From positions 29,075 to 93,074 of the forward strand of contig CAVXBU010000026.1 of NCBI GenBank assembly GCA_963760175.1: DNA of 64,000 nt. The letters are read 5' to 3'. Positions 31,741 through 41,459 of the stretch are shown in pieces. The stretch comes from an uncultured Acidobacteriaceae bacterium (GTDB lineage Bacteria; Acidobacteriota; Terriglobia; Terriglobales; Acidobacteriaceae). How positions within the stretch are numbered: position 1 is the first letter of the stretch; the number at the start of each line of letters is the position of its first letter. The notes beneath the pieces were generated by a model. The model did no database searches. It had not been told where the DNA came from and was given only the letters and a program-made list of their open reading frames with translations. A program made the translations under genes and the position numbers.

Positions 31741-31759
31741 ATTGTGGTCAAACCACAAT
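31741..31759. promoter_or_regulatory. Perfect 19-bp palindrome, candidate GntR-family operator upstream of the ALDH-GntR unit
   Basis: ATTGTGGTcaaACCACAAT fits the GntR-type ..GT-N-AC.. palindrome logic. It lies 74-92 nt upstream of the ALDH start. A related half-site ATTGTGG recurs at 30274-30280. Confidence 0.4.
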
Positions 31760-31804
31760 ACTAGTCGACGGGTAAGGCGCGTCAAGGCTATATGTCACGG
31801 CTCA

Positions 31805-32155
31805 TCACGCCGGAGAACGAACGCCATCCTGATGCACATACTTGATCACTTCCACGTCGGACACGGCGATTAGACCATCGTCCACCATCTGATCCAGCGC
31901 AGGCAGCAGCTTGCTGATGTTCTCGTGCGTATCCACAACCGACACCATGATGGGGCGATCGGAAGACCAGAGAAGGTGGGCGCGGTGAATCAGCGTGCTC
32001 GCACCGTAACCTTCAATACCGCGGTAGACCGTGGCTCCGGCAATGTCGAGTTCCCTGCACTTTTCGACGATCGCCTGGTAGAGAGGCTTGCCATGCCACT
32101 TGTCGTCTTCGCCGAAGTGAATCCGGAGCATCTTGGCCTTGCCTTCGAGTTTCAT
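31805..32155 (-). CDS. DUF190 (PII-like, COG1993) domain protein
   Basis: 'KMLRIHFGEDDKWHGKPLYQAIVEKCRELDIAGATVYRGIEGYG' is the DUF190 signature. ATGA-type overlap with the upstream gene. Confidence 0.8.
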   Translation of the reverse strand: MKLEGKAKMLRIHFGEDDKWHGKPLYQAIVEKCRELDIAGATVYRGIEGYGASTLIHRAHLLWSSDRPIMVSVVDTHENISKLLPALDQMVDDGLIAVSDVEVIKYVHQDGVRSPA

Positions 32156-32892
32156 GCGCGTGTCTCCTGCCGCCGCTCGGTTTTGTCGTAGTTGTGCGTG
32201 TACTTGATGACATCGACATCGGAAAGCACAACCAATCCTTGCTGCACCATTTCATCGAGGATTGGCATGAATGCTTTGAGCTTCTCCTCGGCATCAACGA
32301 TGGAGAGCAGGATCGGCCGGTCATGCGAGAGGCTGAGCGCAGCATCCTTGTGGATTCTCCGATTCGCGCCATAGCCCAGAATTCCGCGGTAAACCGTTAC
32401 GCCGGCAATATCGTGAGCTCGCAAACCGCCGACAATCGCTTCATATAGAGGTTTGCCATTCCACTTGTCATTCTCGCCGACGTAAATCCTCATCAACTTG
32501 GCCTTGCTCTCGCTCCTGAGCGCGGGTTTCTCGGGCGCGGCCGCTTGCTCTTTCTTTGTCTTCGCCTCAGCCGGCTTCACGATGGTCGTGTCGTGCATTT
32601 CAATCAGCCCGCTTCCCACCATCGTTTGCAGTTTGGGCAGCAACTCCCCCACTTTCTGCGCAGTCTCGATGAACTCAACCTTAATAGGCAAACGGGTTGC
32701 CAGATCCACCAGCCGGGTCGTGTGCAGTTTATGATCGGAGCCAAATCCGGCGATACCGCGCGTCACGGTTGCGCCCGCTACGCCCCGGAAGAACAGAAAA
32801 TCCAGGATGGCGGCGTAGGCCGCACTCCCGTGATACTGCTGGTCTTCCGCCACATAGATCGCGACCTTCTTTGCAGGTCCAGATGTGAGCAC
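32152..32892 (-). CDS. Tandem DUF190 domain protein
   Basis: Two DUF190 repeats ('VAIYVAEDQQYHGSAAY ... GATVTRGIAGFG' and 'LMRIYVGENDKWNGKPLYEAIV ... GVTVYRGILGYG') joined by a K/E/A-rich linker. Confidence 0.8.
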   Translation of the reverse strand: MLTSGPAKKVAIYVAEDQQYHGSAAYAAILDFLFFRGVAGATVTRGIAGFGSDHKLHTTRLVDLATRLPIKVEFIETAQKVGELLPKLQTMVGSGLIEMHDTTIVKPAEAKTKKEQAAAPEKPALRSESKAKLMRIYVGENDKWNGKPLYEAIVGGLRAHDIAGVTVYRGILGYGANRRIHKDAALSLSHDRPILLSIVDAEEKLKAFMPILDEMVQQGLVVLSDVDVIKYTHNYDKTERRQETRA

Positions 32893-33008
32893 TTTTTCTC
32901 CTCCGGTCTACGTTTAGAGTCCTCGCTGGCTGATAAACAATTCGGCTGCACGCCCTAGCATTCCACCACCTGCGTGATCTCCTTGATTGCATCCGCCTGC
33001 ATCTGTCT

Positions 33009-33386
33009 TCATGGGATCGCCCTCCCGGCCACGACACCGGCCCAAACCGCTGCGAAGCCAACCACCACGCTCAACGTGATGTTGAGGAAAGAGATTAACA
33101 ATTGGCCGTCCTGCACGCTGCGCAGCGTCTCATATTCGAATGTCGAAAACGTCGTATAAGCGCCGATGAACCCGATCGGGACCAGGTATATCCAATTCGG
33201 ACTCCAACGCGTCTTCTCTTCCAGTAGAGTGAGGATCAGGCCGATGAGAAACGATCCGGAAATATTGATCACAAAGGTTCCGTATGGGAAACGTGTTCCC
33301 ATCTTCCCTCCGATGTAGCTCCCCAACCAGAAGCGTGCGATCGCACCCACGAAGCCACCGATTCCGACCATTAGGTACTTGAGCAA
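33009..33386 (-). CDS. crcB: Fluoride ion channel CrcB/Fluc
   Basis: 'GIGGFVGAIARFWLG', 'PYGTFVINISGSFLIG' and 'GFIGAYTTFSTFEYE' are CrcB motifs. TTG 33386, with AAGGA 9 nt upstream, is preferred. ATG 33371 is the alternative. Confidence 0.9.
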   Translation of the reverse strand: MLKYLMVGIGGFVGAIARFWLGSYIGGKMGTRFPYGTFVINISGSFLIGLILTLLEEKTRWSPNWIYLVPIGFIGAYTTFSTFEYETLRSVQDGQLLISFLNITLSVVVGFAAVWAGVVAGRAIP

Positions 33387-33552
33387 TTCGTGCCGTCCTT
33401 TTCTGTTTTGCTGAGCTTTTGCATGAAACCCACGGACGCAGAAACGCACGCGTCCTGCTCACTTTATGTGCTCAGCTACTCAGGAATCTCTTGGAATCAG
33501 AAGCGGAAGGGGCCGGCAGACCAAATCCCTACCAAGAGAATTCCTTCTTCTT

Positions 33553-33603
33553 CGTAGGAGTCATCTGCCCGATTCGGGCGGTTAAAGGTGAACTCCAACA
33601 CCC
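33553..33603 (-). promoter_or_regulatory. Fluoride riboswitch (crcB RNA motif)
   Basis: Minus strand: GGGUGUUGGAGUUCACCUUUAACCGCCCGAAUCGGGCAGAUGACUCCUACG. It has P1 GGUG/CACC, pseudoknot GGAGU/ACUCC, P3 GCCCG/CGGGC, and conserved AACCGCC and GAUGA.UCCUAC. It sits directly upstream of crcB. Confidence 0.85.
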
Positions 33604-33753
33604 AAGGGAATTATGACAATCCGTCAGCATGAAGTCAATTGCCCCGAGTCAGGGCCGTGGCCCTTCGTCCTGCTCACTGCAAAATTGCCGAACTAACTGA
33701 ATACTTGGAGACCGCACTGTATTAGGATTCAGGGAGTTGCGGGAATATACGAG

Positions 33754-35025
33754 ATGCAAACAGAATCCATACATTTTCCAACTACTCCCATCGCTTTGAA
33801 GATGGCTGTCTCGATCGGCATCGGCATGCTGGCGGGAATGGAACGAGAATGGTCCAACAAGGACGTTGGGGTCAGGACATTCGCCATCGTCGCCTTGTTG
33901 GGCATGATCGCCTCCGTCATCGGGCTGAACGTCGCTATAACCGCGTTTGTCGGCGTGTTCCTTCTGGTTGCGGCCATGAACACGCGCAGTATTCTTGCCG
34001 ACCAGTCGTTGGAGATAACTACTTCCGCGGCGCTTCTCGTGAATTACTTGCTCGGCGTTCTTGTCGGTCTTGGTCATATCTTCACGCCGGTTGCGGGGGC
34101 GATCGTGATGACCATGCTTCTTGCGTGGAAGACCGAGCTAAGTCGTTTTGCGGGAGGTCTGCAGCCTTCAGAAATCCGGAGCGCCGTGTTGCTCGGCTTG
34201 ATCGGGTTTGTGATTTATCCGGTTTTACCCAATCGCTACATTGACCCGTGGCAGTTGTTCAATCCTAGCGATGCGTGGATCAGTGTCATCGCAATTGCCG
34301 GGATCGGATTTCTGAATTACGTGTTTCTCCGGATCTACAGTACCCGCGGCCTTTATCTGGGCGCACTTTTCGGGGGCCTGGTAAACAGCAGCGCGACCGT
34401 CGCCGAATTGGCTGCCCGAGCGCAGGAAACAGGCATGGCCGCGCAAGCAACGACTCTTTGCTTGATTACAACGGTTGCCATGTTCGCAAGAAATCTGATT
34501 CTTGCAACCCTTTTCTCCCCTCGCTCCCTCAGTGCCACTTTGGTGCCGCTCCTTGCCATGACCGTCGTTGCCGGTTTATGGATATGGCGCGACCATACTA
34601 TCCAGGACAATGTTCCCGGCACTTTGACACTCACGTCTCCGATCTCGTTGATGAAGGTTCTCCGGTTCGGGGTCTTTTTCATCACCATTCAAATTGCCGG
34701 GACTTTGCTTACGCGAACTTTCGGCAGTTATGGAATGCTAGCCACGGGCATCTTTGGCGGCCTGGTAAGCAGCGCAAGCACGACGGCTGCGGCTGCGACG
34801 ATGGCAATGCATGGAAAAATCAGCGCCGCGCTAGCCGGCAGCACGACCGTACTCACATCTTTAGCCAGCGCTGCCGTCAACCTCCCGATTGTCTGGCGGA
34901 CAACCAGGAACAAAGCTGTTATCGGAAGGTTGGCCCTGGAGATGGCAACTGTAGTCTCCATTGGACTCGTGGCCGTCACCGTCGACCGGATTTTCCAGTT
35001 CTCCGAATTGCTGATACGAAAATGA
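33754..35025 (+). CDS. MgtC/SapB-family membrane protein with C-terminal DUF4010-like domain
   Basis: 'IGIGMLAGMEREWSNKDVGVRTFAIVALLG' MgtC N-terminal signature, followed by a polytopic C-terminal half. 423 aa. Confidence 0.8.
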   Translation: MQTESIHFPTTPIALKMAVSIGIGMLAGMEREWSNKDVGVRTFAIVALLGMIASVIGLNVAITAFVGVFLLVAAMNTRSILADQSLEITTSAALLVNYLLGVLVGLGHIFTPVAGAIVMTMLLAWKTELSRFAGGLQPSEIRSAVLLGLIGFVIYPVLPNRYIDPWQLFNPSDAWISVIAIAGIGFLNYVFLRIYSTRGLYLGALFGGLVNSSATVAELAARAQETGMAAQATTLCLITTVAMFARNLILATLFSPRSLSATLVPLLAMTVVAGLWIWRDHTIQDNVPGTLTLTSPISLMKVLRFGVFFITIQIAGTLLTRTFGSYGMLATGIFGGLVSSASTTAAAATMAMHGKISAALAGSTTVLTSLASAAVNLPIVWRTTRNKAVIGRLALEMATVVSIGLVAVTVDRIFQFSELLIRK

Positions 35026-35082
35026 GGATTCTCGATACCCGACCATCGAGAGGTTCGTCCAGAGGCTGAACAGAATGTCGTA

Positions 35083-35490
35083 TCACTGGACGGCAGTCGG
35101 GGTTTCGCTGTAGCCCGGTCCGATCCAGGATGGGGCGCGCTCGAGACACTCGCGTATTTCCTGGACGTACGATGTGACAATTGGCGTGGAATACTTCGGA
35201 TGGCAAAACTCCAGACGCATGCCGCGGCCTACAAAACGCAGTTTCAGCATGGAACCGCCCCAAGTTGATCCTGCGATGGCCACCAAGGTCGGCTCAGGGC
35301 AGTATTCGGGATGACCCGAAATCAACGCCTGACTTCCTCCCAGCATCACTGCCGTGTAGCAACGGTGCTGAGTTTTGATCTGCAGGACGCTATACGGTTG
35401 TAACTGGTCGAGGAACACACCGCCCTCGATCTCGGAGCGGATAATGCTGCCGTTCACGTCATCGCTCAGATTGGGATGGGGCGCGAACAA
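35083..35490 (-). CDS. Hypothetical protein
   Basis: 135-aa ORF with ordinary coding composition and no recognised motif. Confidence 0.45.
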   Translation of the reverse strand: MFAPHPNLSDDVNGSIIRSEIEGGVFLDQLQPYSVLQIKTQHRCYTAVMLGGSQALISGHPEYCPEPTLVAIAGSTWGGSMLKLRFVGRGMRLEFCHPKYSTPIVTSYVQEIRECLERAPSWIGPGYSETPTAVQ

Positions 35491-35904
35491 TGCTTTCCCT
35501 CACTTTTGCCGCAATAGTAGGCTTAGTCCCCGGAGAAGTCAAAAGCACCCTGAAATCGTCTGCACCACAACTTTCTCCTAAACGGCCCGTTGTTACCGAA
35601 TACGAGCGACCGCTTGGCTAGTGTCCGGCAGCTCTTCCATAACCGGATTGTTTGGAGTTTGCCCGTCACTCGACCGCAGCTTGCAGCACGGACACGAGAG
35701 GATGGCGACGAACGCGACGAAGGCGGTGAGAGTCTCTTGGGACGACGAGTAGTAGACGAAGAATGGGTGCTAAAAGTATTATGGCCTGCGACGAATCCAG
35801 GTGGCAGGCTCTGCACTTTGCTCCTTGCATCGTCGCGCAAACATGATCGCATCGACCGTATGCGGTGCCCGCTCTCGGCCGCTTCGCGGCGGGAGACTCA
35901 ACGC

Positions 35905-37719
35905 ATGAGATGCAGTCGCGCGATTTCGTTCTTGGTAAGCACCCTCGCCGTGGTTGGGCTTGTCTGGCCGCGGGCTCTTGGTGCGCAAGCCGCGACACCC
36001 TCTAGCTCCGCCGACATCGTCATTCAGCACGACGTGCCGATGAAGACGCGTGACGGCGTTATCCTCTACGCCGACATTTATCGCCCGAAGTCTTCCGACA
36101 GGTTTCCTGTCATCCTCATGCGCACTCCTTATGACAAAAGCGTCAACTGGGCCGTCTCACCCGTCTTCAAGATGGTCCCGCGCGGCTACGTTGTCATCAT
36201 TCAGGACGTGCGGGGCCGGTACACTTCGGAAGGGGAATGGTATCCGTTCAAGCACGAGCAAGCCGACGGCTTCGACGCGGTCGAATGGGCAGCGGCGCTT
36301 CCCTACTCGGATGGCAAAGTGGGCATGATGGGCGCCTCTTATGTGGGCGCGACGCAGATGCTCGCGGCCATCGCCCAGCCACCACATCTGGCGGCGATCG
36401 CCCCCAATATGACGGCCAGCAACTATCACGATGGTTGGGCGTACCAGAGCGGTGCGTTCGAGCAATGGTTCGATCAGAACTGGACGTCTCAGCTCGCCCA
36501 GAACACGCTGCAGCGCTTCATCGACCAAAATACCAATGCGCTCGTCGGCGCCCCTGCACTTCCGCTGGCCAATTATCCCGTTTTCAATTTCGGCGAGTTG
36601 TCCGCGGACGCGCAGCTCACAGCGGCTCTCGCGCCCTACTACCTCGACTGGCTGGCGCATCCCGATTACGACGACTACTGGAAGCAGTGGTCCATAGAGG
36701 AACATTTTTCAAACATCGCCGTTCCCATGCTCCAGGTGGGTGCCTGGTATGACATCTTCAATGCCGGCACTCTGCGCAATTACATGGGAGCCAAGGCTCA
36801 TGGATCCACCGACGCAGCGCGTACGCAGCAGCATCTGCTGATCGAAATCGGCGGCCATGCCGGTTTCGGTCGCCGCATCGGCGATGTCGACTTCGGGCCT
36901 CATGCCATGGAAAACGGATACACCGACGTCATCCTCGACTGGTACGATTTTCTGTTCAAAGGCATCAAGAACCAATTCGCCACGGACAAACCCGTCAAGC
37001 TTTTCGTGATGGGCGCGAATGAATACCGACAGGAAGACGATTGGCCGCCGCCACAAGCGCAAACTACGAAATATTTTCTGCACTCGGCCGGCAAAGCGAA
37101 TTCGCTCCGTGGCGACGGCTCACTCTCCGTATCCGCTCCCAAATCCGAGCCCGCGGACACGTACGTTTACAATCCAGCCAATCCCGTGCCCACGGTTGGA
37201 GGTCCGCTCTGCTGCGACGAGAAGCACATGGAGCCTGGCCCGCGCGACCAGCGTTCAGTGGAGAATCGCGACGACGTGCTGATCTATTCGACCGGCCCGC
37301 TGCCAAGCGACTTAGAAGTCACGGGCCCAATCACTGCCGATCTTTTTATTAAATCTTCGGCCGCGGACACCGACTTTACCGCGAAACTCGTCGACGTCGG
37401 GCCCGACGGGTTCGCGCAAGATCTCACGGAAGGTATCCTTCGCATGCGCTATCGTGGTTCCGCGGAGCACGCCACCTTGATGAACCCCGGGCAGATCTAC
37501 GAAATCTCCCTCGACCTCTGGGCCACAAGCAACCTCTTCCTCCGCGGCCACTCGCTACGCCTGGAGATTTCCAGCAGCAATTTTCCGCGCTTCGATCGCA
37601 ATCTCAACACTGGTGAAGAAATCAAATTCGCCCGCACCATGGTTGCCGCCAGCAATACAATTCTCCACGACGCGCAGCACCCTTCCTCGCTCGTGCTTCC
37701 GATTATGCCGTCGAAGTAG
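35905..37719 (+). CDS. CocE/NonD-family hydrolase (X-Pro dipeptidyl-peptidase S15-like), secreted
   Basis: Signal peptide from ATG 35905 (MRCSRAISFLVSTLAVVGLVWPRALGAQA). 'RTPYDKS' and the 'GMMGASYVGATQ' GxSYxG nucleophile motif. Confidence 0.9.
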   Translation: MRCSRAISFLVSTLAVVGLVWPRALGAQAATPSSSADIVIQHDVPMKTRDGVILYADIYRPKSSDRFPVILMRTPYDKSVNWAVSPVFKMVPRGYVVIIQDVRGRYTSEGEWYPFKHEQADGFDAVEWAAALPYSDGKVGMMGASYVGATQMLAAIAQPPHLAAIAPNMTASNYHDGWAYQSGAFEQWFDQNWTSQLAQNTLQRFIDQNTNALVGAPALPLANYPVFNFGELSADAQLTAALAPYYLDWLAHPDYDDYWKQWSIEEHFSNIAVPMLQVGAWYDIFNAGTLRNYMGAKAHGSTDAARTQQHLLIEIGGHAGFGRRIGDVDFGPHAMENGYTDVILDWYDFLFKGIKNQFATDKPVKLFVMGANEYRQEDDWPPPQAQTTKYFLHSAGKANSLRGDGSLSVSAPKSEPADTYVYNPANPVPTVGGPLCCDEKHMEPGPRDQRSVENRDDVLIYSTGPLPSDLEVTGPITADLFIKSSAADTDFTAKLVDVGPDGFAQDLTEGILRMRYRGSAEHATLMNPGQIYEISLDLWATSNLFLRGHSLRLEISSSNFPRFDRNLNTGEEIKFARTMVAASNTILHDAQHPSSLVLPIMPSK

Positions 37720-37746
37720 TTTCGTGCAAGGAACTTTCAACCACGA

Positions 37747-40337
37747 CTACTTCAGCGTGTCGCTGCGGTACAGTTGCCCGAGTTGCGTGCGGTAGCTAAA
37801 CGCAATCCACCGGCCATCGGGCGTAATGGCGGTTGGAGTGATCATGGGTCTCAGGCCCACAGCGTCTTTCGGAGTTATAGTCTGCCACGGTTCCCGCCGG
37901 CCGGATTCTATTTCGACCCTATAGATTGAGAGCCCCGTTGCGCTGATTGCTTGTGTAAACAGATGCTTCGCGTCCGACGCCCACGCAATCGGAAACTCCC
38001 CATCCGGAATACCGTGGACTGGCTTGGTGGTGCTGTCCGAAATGGAGCGGACAACCCAGGCCCCATTTTGAAAAACGACGAAGGAATTGCCGTCCGGCGC
38101 AATCGACCCCCACGGAACGCTTCCCGGCGACAACTGTTTTGGCGTCGAACCGTTCACGTCCGTGAGGTATATGGCCTCAGCCTGGCCGGACTGACTGGCG
38201 TTCATCAGAATATGTTGTCCATCCGGGAACCATTGAGCCCATAGCGCCTGCATCCCCTCCCAGTGCAACACGCGAGCCTGCCCCGGTCCTACGGGTACAA
38301 TCTGGACGCGCTGCGCCGGATCATCCGGAAGGATCACGATCGCCCATTTTCCGTCCGGAGTGATGTCCGTGGCATATCCGCCTCCGGTGAGGCGAATCGC
38401 AGGAGAGCCATCGTTCTTCCGCACATACACCGAGTAGTCGTTACCAGACTGTTCGGACAAGTCGGTGAACAAGACTTCACTTCCGTCGCGGGACAGCCGT
38501 GGACCCCAACTGTAGGAAAGCCAGCTCAGGTCGCGTTCCTGATTGGACCCGTGCTCCACCATCGCCATCGTCCCACGGGCTTCTTCGGTTGAAACCAGCG
38601 CACGACCCGACGACGCGATATCGAGGATGCGCGTCGGCGCCGTGCCACAATACACAGTCCGCTGCTTGCCCGACAAGGTGACGGCATGAATGCACCACTG
38701 TTCCCCTGATTCCGCGGCCGAGAACCAAATCTCTTTTCCCGATGGCGCCCACGCCAAGCCCTCCAAGGATTCCCATCCGGTCGATATGGTTCGCAACTGC
38801 CCGGATCGGTCGACCAGCACAAGATCGCCGCGATCATCTGGATTCGGCGGGTGACGAAACAGCGCAACCTGTTTTCCATCCGGAGAAACTCGCAGATCGC
38901 TCATCCAGCCTTCGCTCTCGAGCAACACCTTTCCAATGGGGAATTGCAAGCGCCATTTATCGCTCGCGCGGTCGAGAACGGCGAGTTCGTTTCCGTCTGG
39001 TCCCCAGTCAGCATCGAAGACATTCTCCAGCAGTTCTCGCGGCGCGCTGCCGCCCAGAGGAGAAGTAGCCAGGGTACCGCCCCATTCATAGTGGGCAAAA
39101 TATTTCGGTCGCGTCAGGACTGCCATCTGACCCTGCCGTGAGATGGCCAGCAGGAGGGCCCCGCCCAGACCCGTCGGCGTTGATGCCGGATAGTCTTCAC
39201 GGATGCTGAATGTGTCCGGCCCTCCTCCGCCGAACTTCGCGCTGTAGAAGACAGTTTTGGTATCTGGCGCAAATCGCCCTCGAATGACCTCGCCGCGATG
39301 GTACGACACCCGCGTGAACATCGGCGGCGGCGCGGCGCCGGGGCGCCAAGAACCAAGCGATGGCGGCTCCCACAGCCAGGCCAAGAACTGCGGCAGCAGT
39401 GACGAAGACGAACGCAGGCCAGCGCGGCTTCTCGGCTCTATCTGTGATCGCAGCGTTGGCTGCCGTTTTCGAAGTCGTGCCACTCAAAGCTTCCAGCGCG
39501 AAGGCAAGATCCTTGGCGGATTGGAAGCGCTGCTCCGGTTGCTTCTCCAGGCAGCGGCGCACGATCCGCTCCAGTCCCGGTGAGACCGGATGACTCAAGT
39601 CACTGAATTCCGGCGGATCTTCTTTCAGGATGGCAGTCATCGTCTCCGCCGTGGTATCGCGACGGAAGGCGAGCTGGCCGGAAAGCATCTCGTAGAGCAC
39701 CGCGCCAAAGGCAAAAATATCAGTGCGCGAATCGACCGCGGAACCGCGCACCTGCTCCGGCGCCATATACCCCGCTGTACCCATGACGATTCCGGCTTCG
39801 GTCGGAGAACTCGTCAGTGTCAATCCATCCGATTGAGCCTTTGGGCCGCCGGCATGCGGCGCCAGCTTCGCCAAACCAAAGTCGAGGATCTTCACCCGGC
39901 CTTCGCGGGTGATGAAAACGTTCTCCGGCTTCAAATCACGATGGATGATGCCCTTGTCGTGAGCGGCCGCCAGTCCCTGAGCGATCTGCGCCGCATAATC
40001 GGCGGTCTTCCGCGGCGGCACCGGACCGTGCTCGAGTTCGGCGCGCAAGCTGTTGCCCTCCAGAAGTTCGGAAACAATGAAGGGCGAGCCGCCTTGCTCG
40101 CCGATATCGTGAATGGCGAGGATGTTGGGATGATTGAGCGCGGCCACAGCGCGCGCCTCTTGCTCGAAGCGCCGCAACCGGTCGAACGTCGCGCGCAAAC
40201 GATTCGGGCAGCACTTTCAGTGCGACGTCGCGTCCCAGGCGCGAGTCGCGCGCCCGATAGACCTCGCCCATGCCGCCCGCGCCGAGGGGCGCAACGACTT
40301 CATAGGGGCCGAGCCTGGTGCCAGAGGTTAGGGTCAT
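37747..40337 (-). pseudogene. Ser/Thr protein kinase, one TM segment, PD40/TolB-like beta-propeller; two frame breaks as assembled
   Basis: '[12 protein letters not shown]' and 'VALKVL' (ORF 39936-40337). 'HRDLKPENV' and 'DFGLAK' (ORF 39197-40198). PD40 repeats such as 'SPDGKQVA' and 'TPDGRWIAF' (ORF 37747-39483). Breaks lie near 40197 and at the G4 run 39340-39343. Confidence 0.8.
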
Positions 40338-40433
40338 GCGTGCGCGTAATTATAGCCTGCGCCGCTGGTTGTGGAATTTGCTGAGATATACTTCGTAGAA
40401 CTTCCGCTGCTCACAGGTTGAGGACTCCTCTGC

Positions 40434-41459
40434 ATGGCCGTTGGCGTTCGCACTCAGGATCTGCGCAAAGTCTATAGCTCTTCTCCGCCGTTAGGCGCTG
40501 CTGGTGGTTTTGTGGCGCGCGCCGATGCAAAAGGCGGAAAGCAGCCGAAGACGCAAATTCCGGCTCTAGACGGACTTTCGCTCGAGATTCTTCCCGGAGA
40601 GATTTTCGGCCTTCTTGGTCCAAACGGCGCGGGCAAATCCACCACAGTCGGAGTGTTGACTACTCGCGTGCGGCCAACATCCGGCCAGGCCTGGATTGGC
40701 GAGCACGACGTCTGGAAGGAACAGGCCCGGGTCAAGCACCTCATCGGCGTCGTGCCTCAGCGTCCTAACCTGGATTTTTCTTTGACCGCCCGCGAGATCC
40801 TCGTTTTTCACGGCGCCTACTTCGGCATTGGCTCCAAGCTCAGAAACGAGCGCGCCGACGCGTTGCTCGAAAAGTTCAAACTCACCGAGCGCGCAAACCA
40901 GATGGTGCGGGGTTTTTCCGGAGGCATGATGCAGCGGCTTTCGATTGCTCGCGCCATGATGCACGATCCGCAAGTTCTGTTTCTCGACGAACCGAGCGCC
41001 GGACTCGATCCTCAAACCCGGATTCTTCTATGGGAGATCATTCGCGAATTCCACCAGGCGGGAAAAACCGTCCTGCTGACCACACATAATATGGAGGAGG
41101 CCGACGCGCTGTGCCAGCGTTTGGCCATCATCGACCACGGCCGCGGGATTGCCCTGGGTACGCCGGCGCAGTTGAAGGCATCGATCCCCGGAGGATTCCT
41201 GCTGCGCCTTCGTTTCGGAAATCGGACAAAGGATCTGCTGCAGCGTTTACAGTCGCTGCCGGGGGTTCGAGAGGTGCGAGCTTTGGACGGTACGGACAAC
41301 ACAGGTGCCGACGTCTATGCGGACCGCGGCGGTTCTCTCATTCCTGAAATCGCGAACCTGGCTGCGAATTCAGGCGCGGAACTGTCGGACGTTCACATTT
41401 CCGAGCCGAGTTTAGAGAATCTCTTTCTGCACCACACCGGAAGGAGCCTCCGCGATTGA
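40434..41459 (+). CDS. ABC transporter ATP-binding protein (ABC-2/DrrA type)
   Basis: Walker A 'GPNGAGKST', signature 'FSGGMMQRLSIA', Walker B 'VLFLDEP'. Confidence 0.9.
   Translation: MAVGVRTQDLRKVYSSSPPLGAAGGFVARADAKGGKQPKTQIPALDGLSLEILPGEIFGLLGPNGAGKSTTVGVLTTRVRPTSGQAWIGEHDVWKEQARVKHLIGVVPQRPNLDFSLTAREILVFHGAYFGIGSKLRNERADALLEKFKLTERANQMVRGFSGGMMQRLSIARAMMHDPQVLFLDEPSAGLDPQTRILLWEIIREFHQAGKTVLLTTHNMEEADALCQRLAIIDHGRGIALGTPAQLKASIPGGFLLRLRFGNRTKDLLQRLQSLPGVREVRALDGTDNTGADVYADRGGSLIPEIANLAANSGAELSDVHISEPSLENLFLHHTGRSLRD

Noticed and set aside
33604-33753. A possible Mg2+ (M-box) or other riboswitch in the 150-nt leader of the MgtC-like gene.
   Set aside because: I found no match to the M-box core as I remember it and no convincing conserved helices. 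The region is also the divergent promoter space shared with the fluoride riboswitch.
35491-35904. The 400-nt untranslated gap upstream of the peptidase gene. It includes a minus-strand reading frame encoding a hydrophobic segment followed by 'CPCC'.
   Set aside because: That frame has no ATG, GTG or TTG start before the hydrophobic segment and is shorter than 60 aa. I recognised no structured RNA motif.
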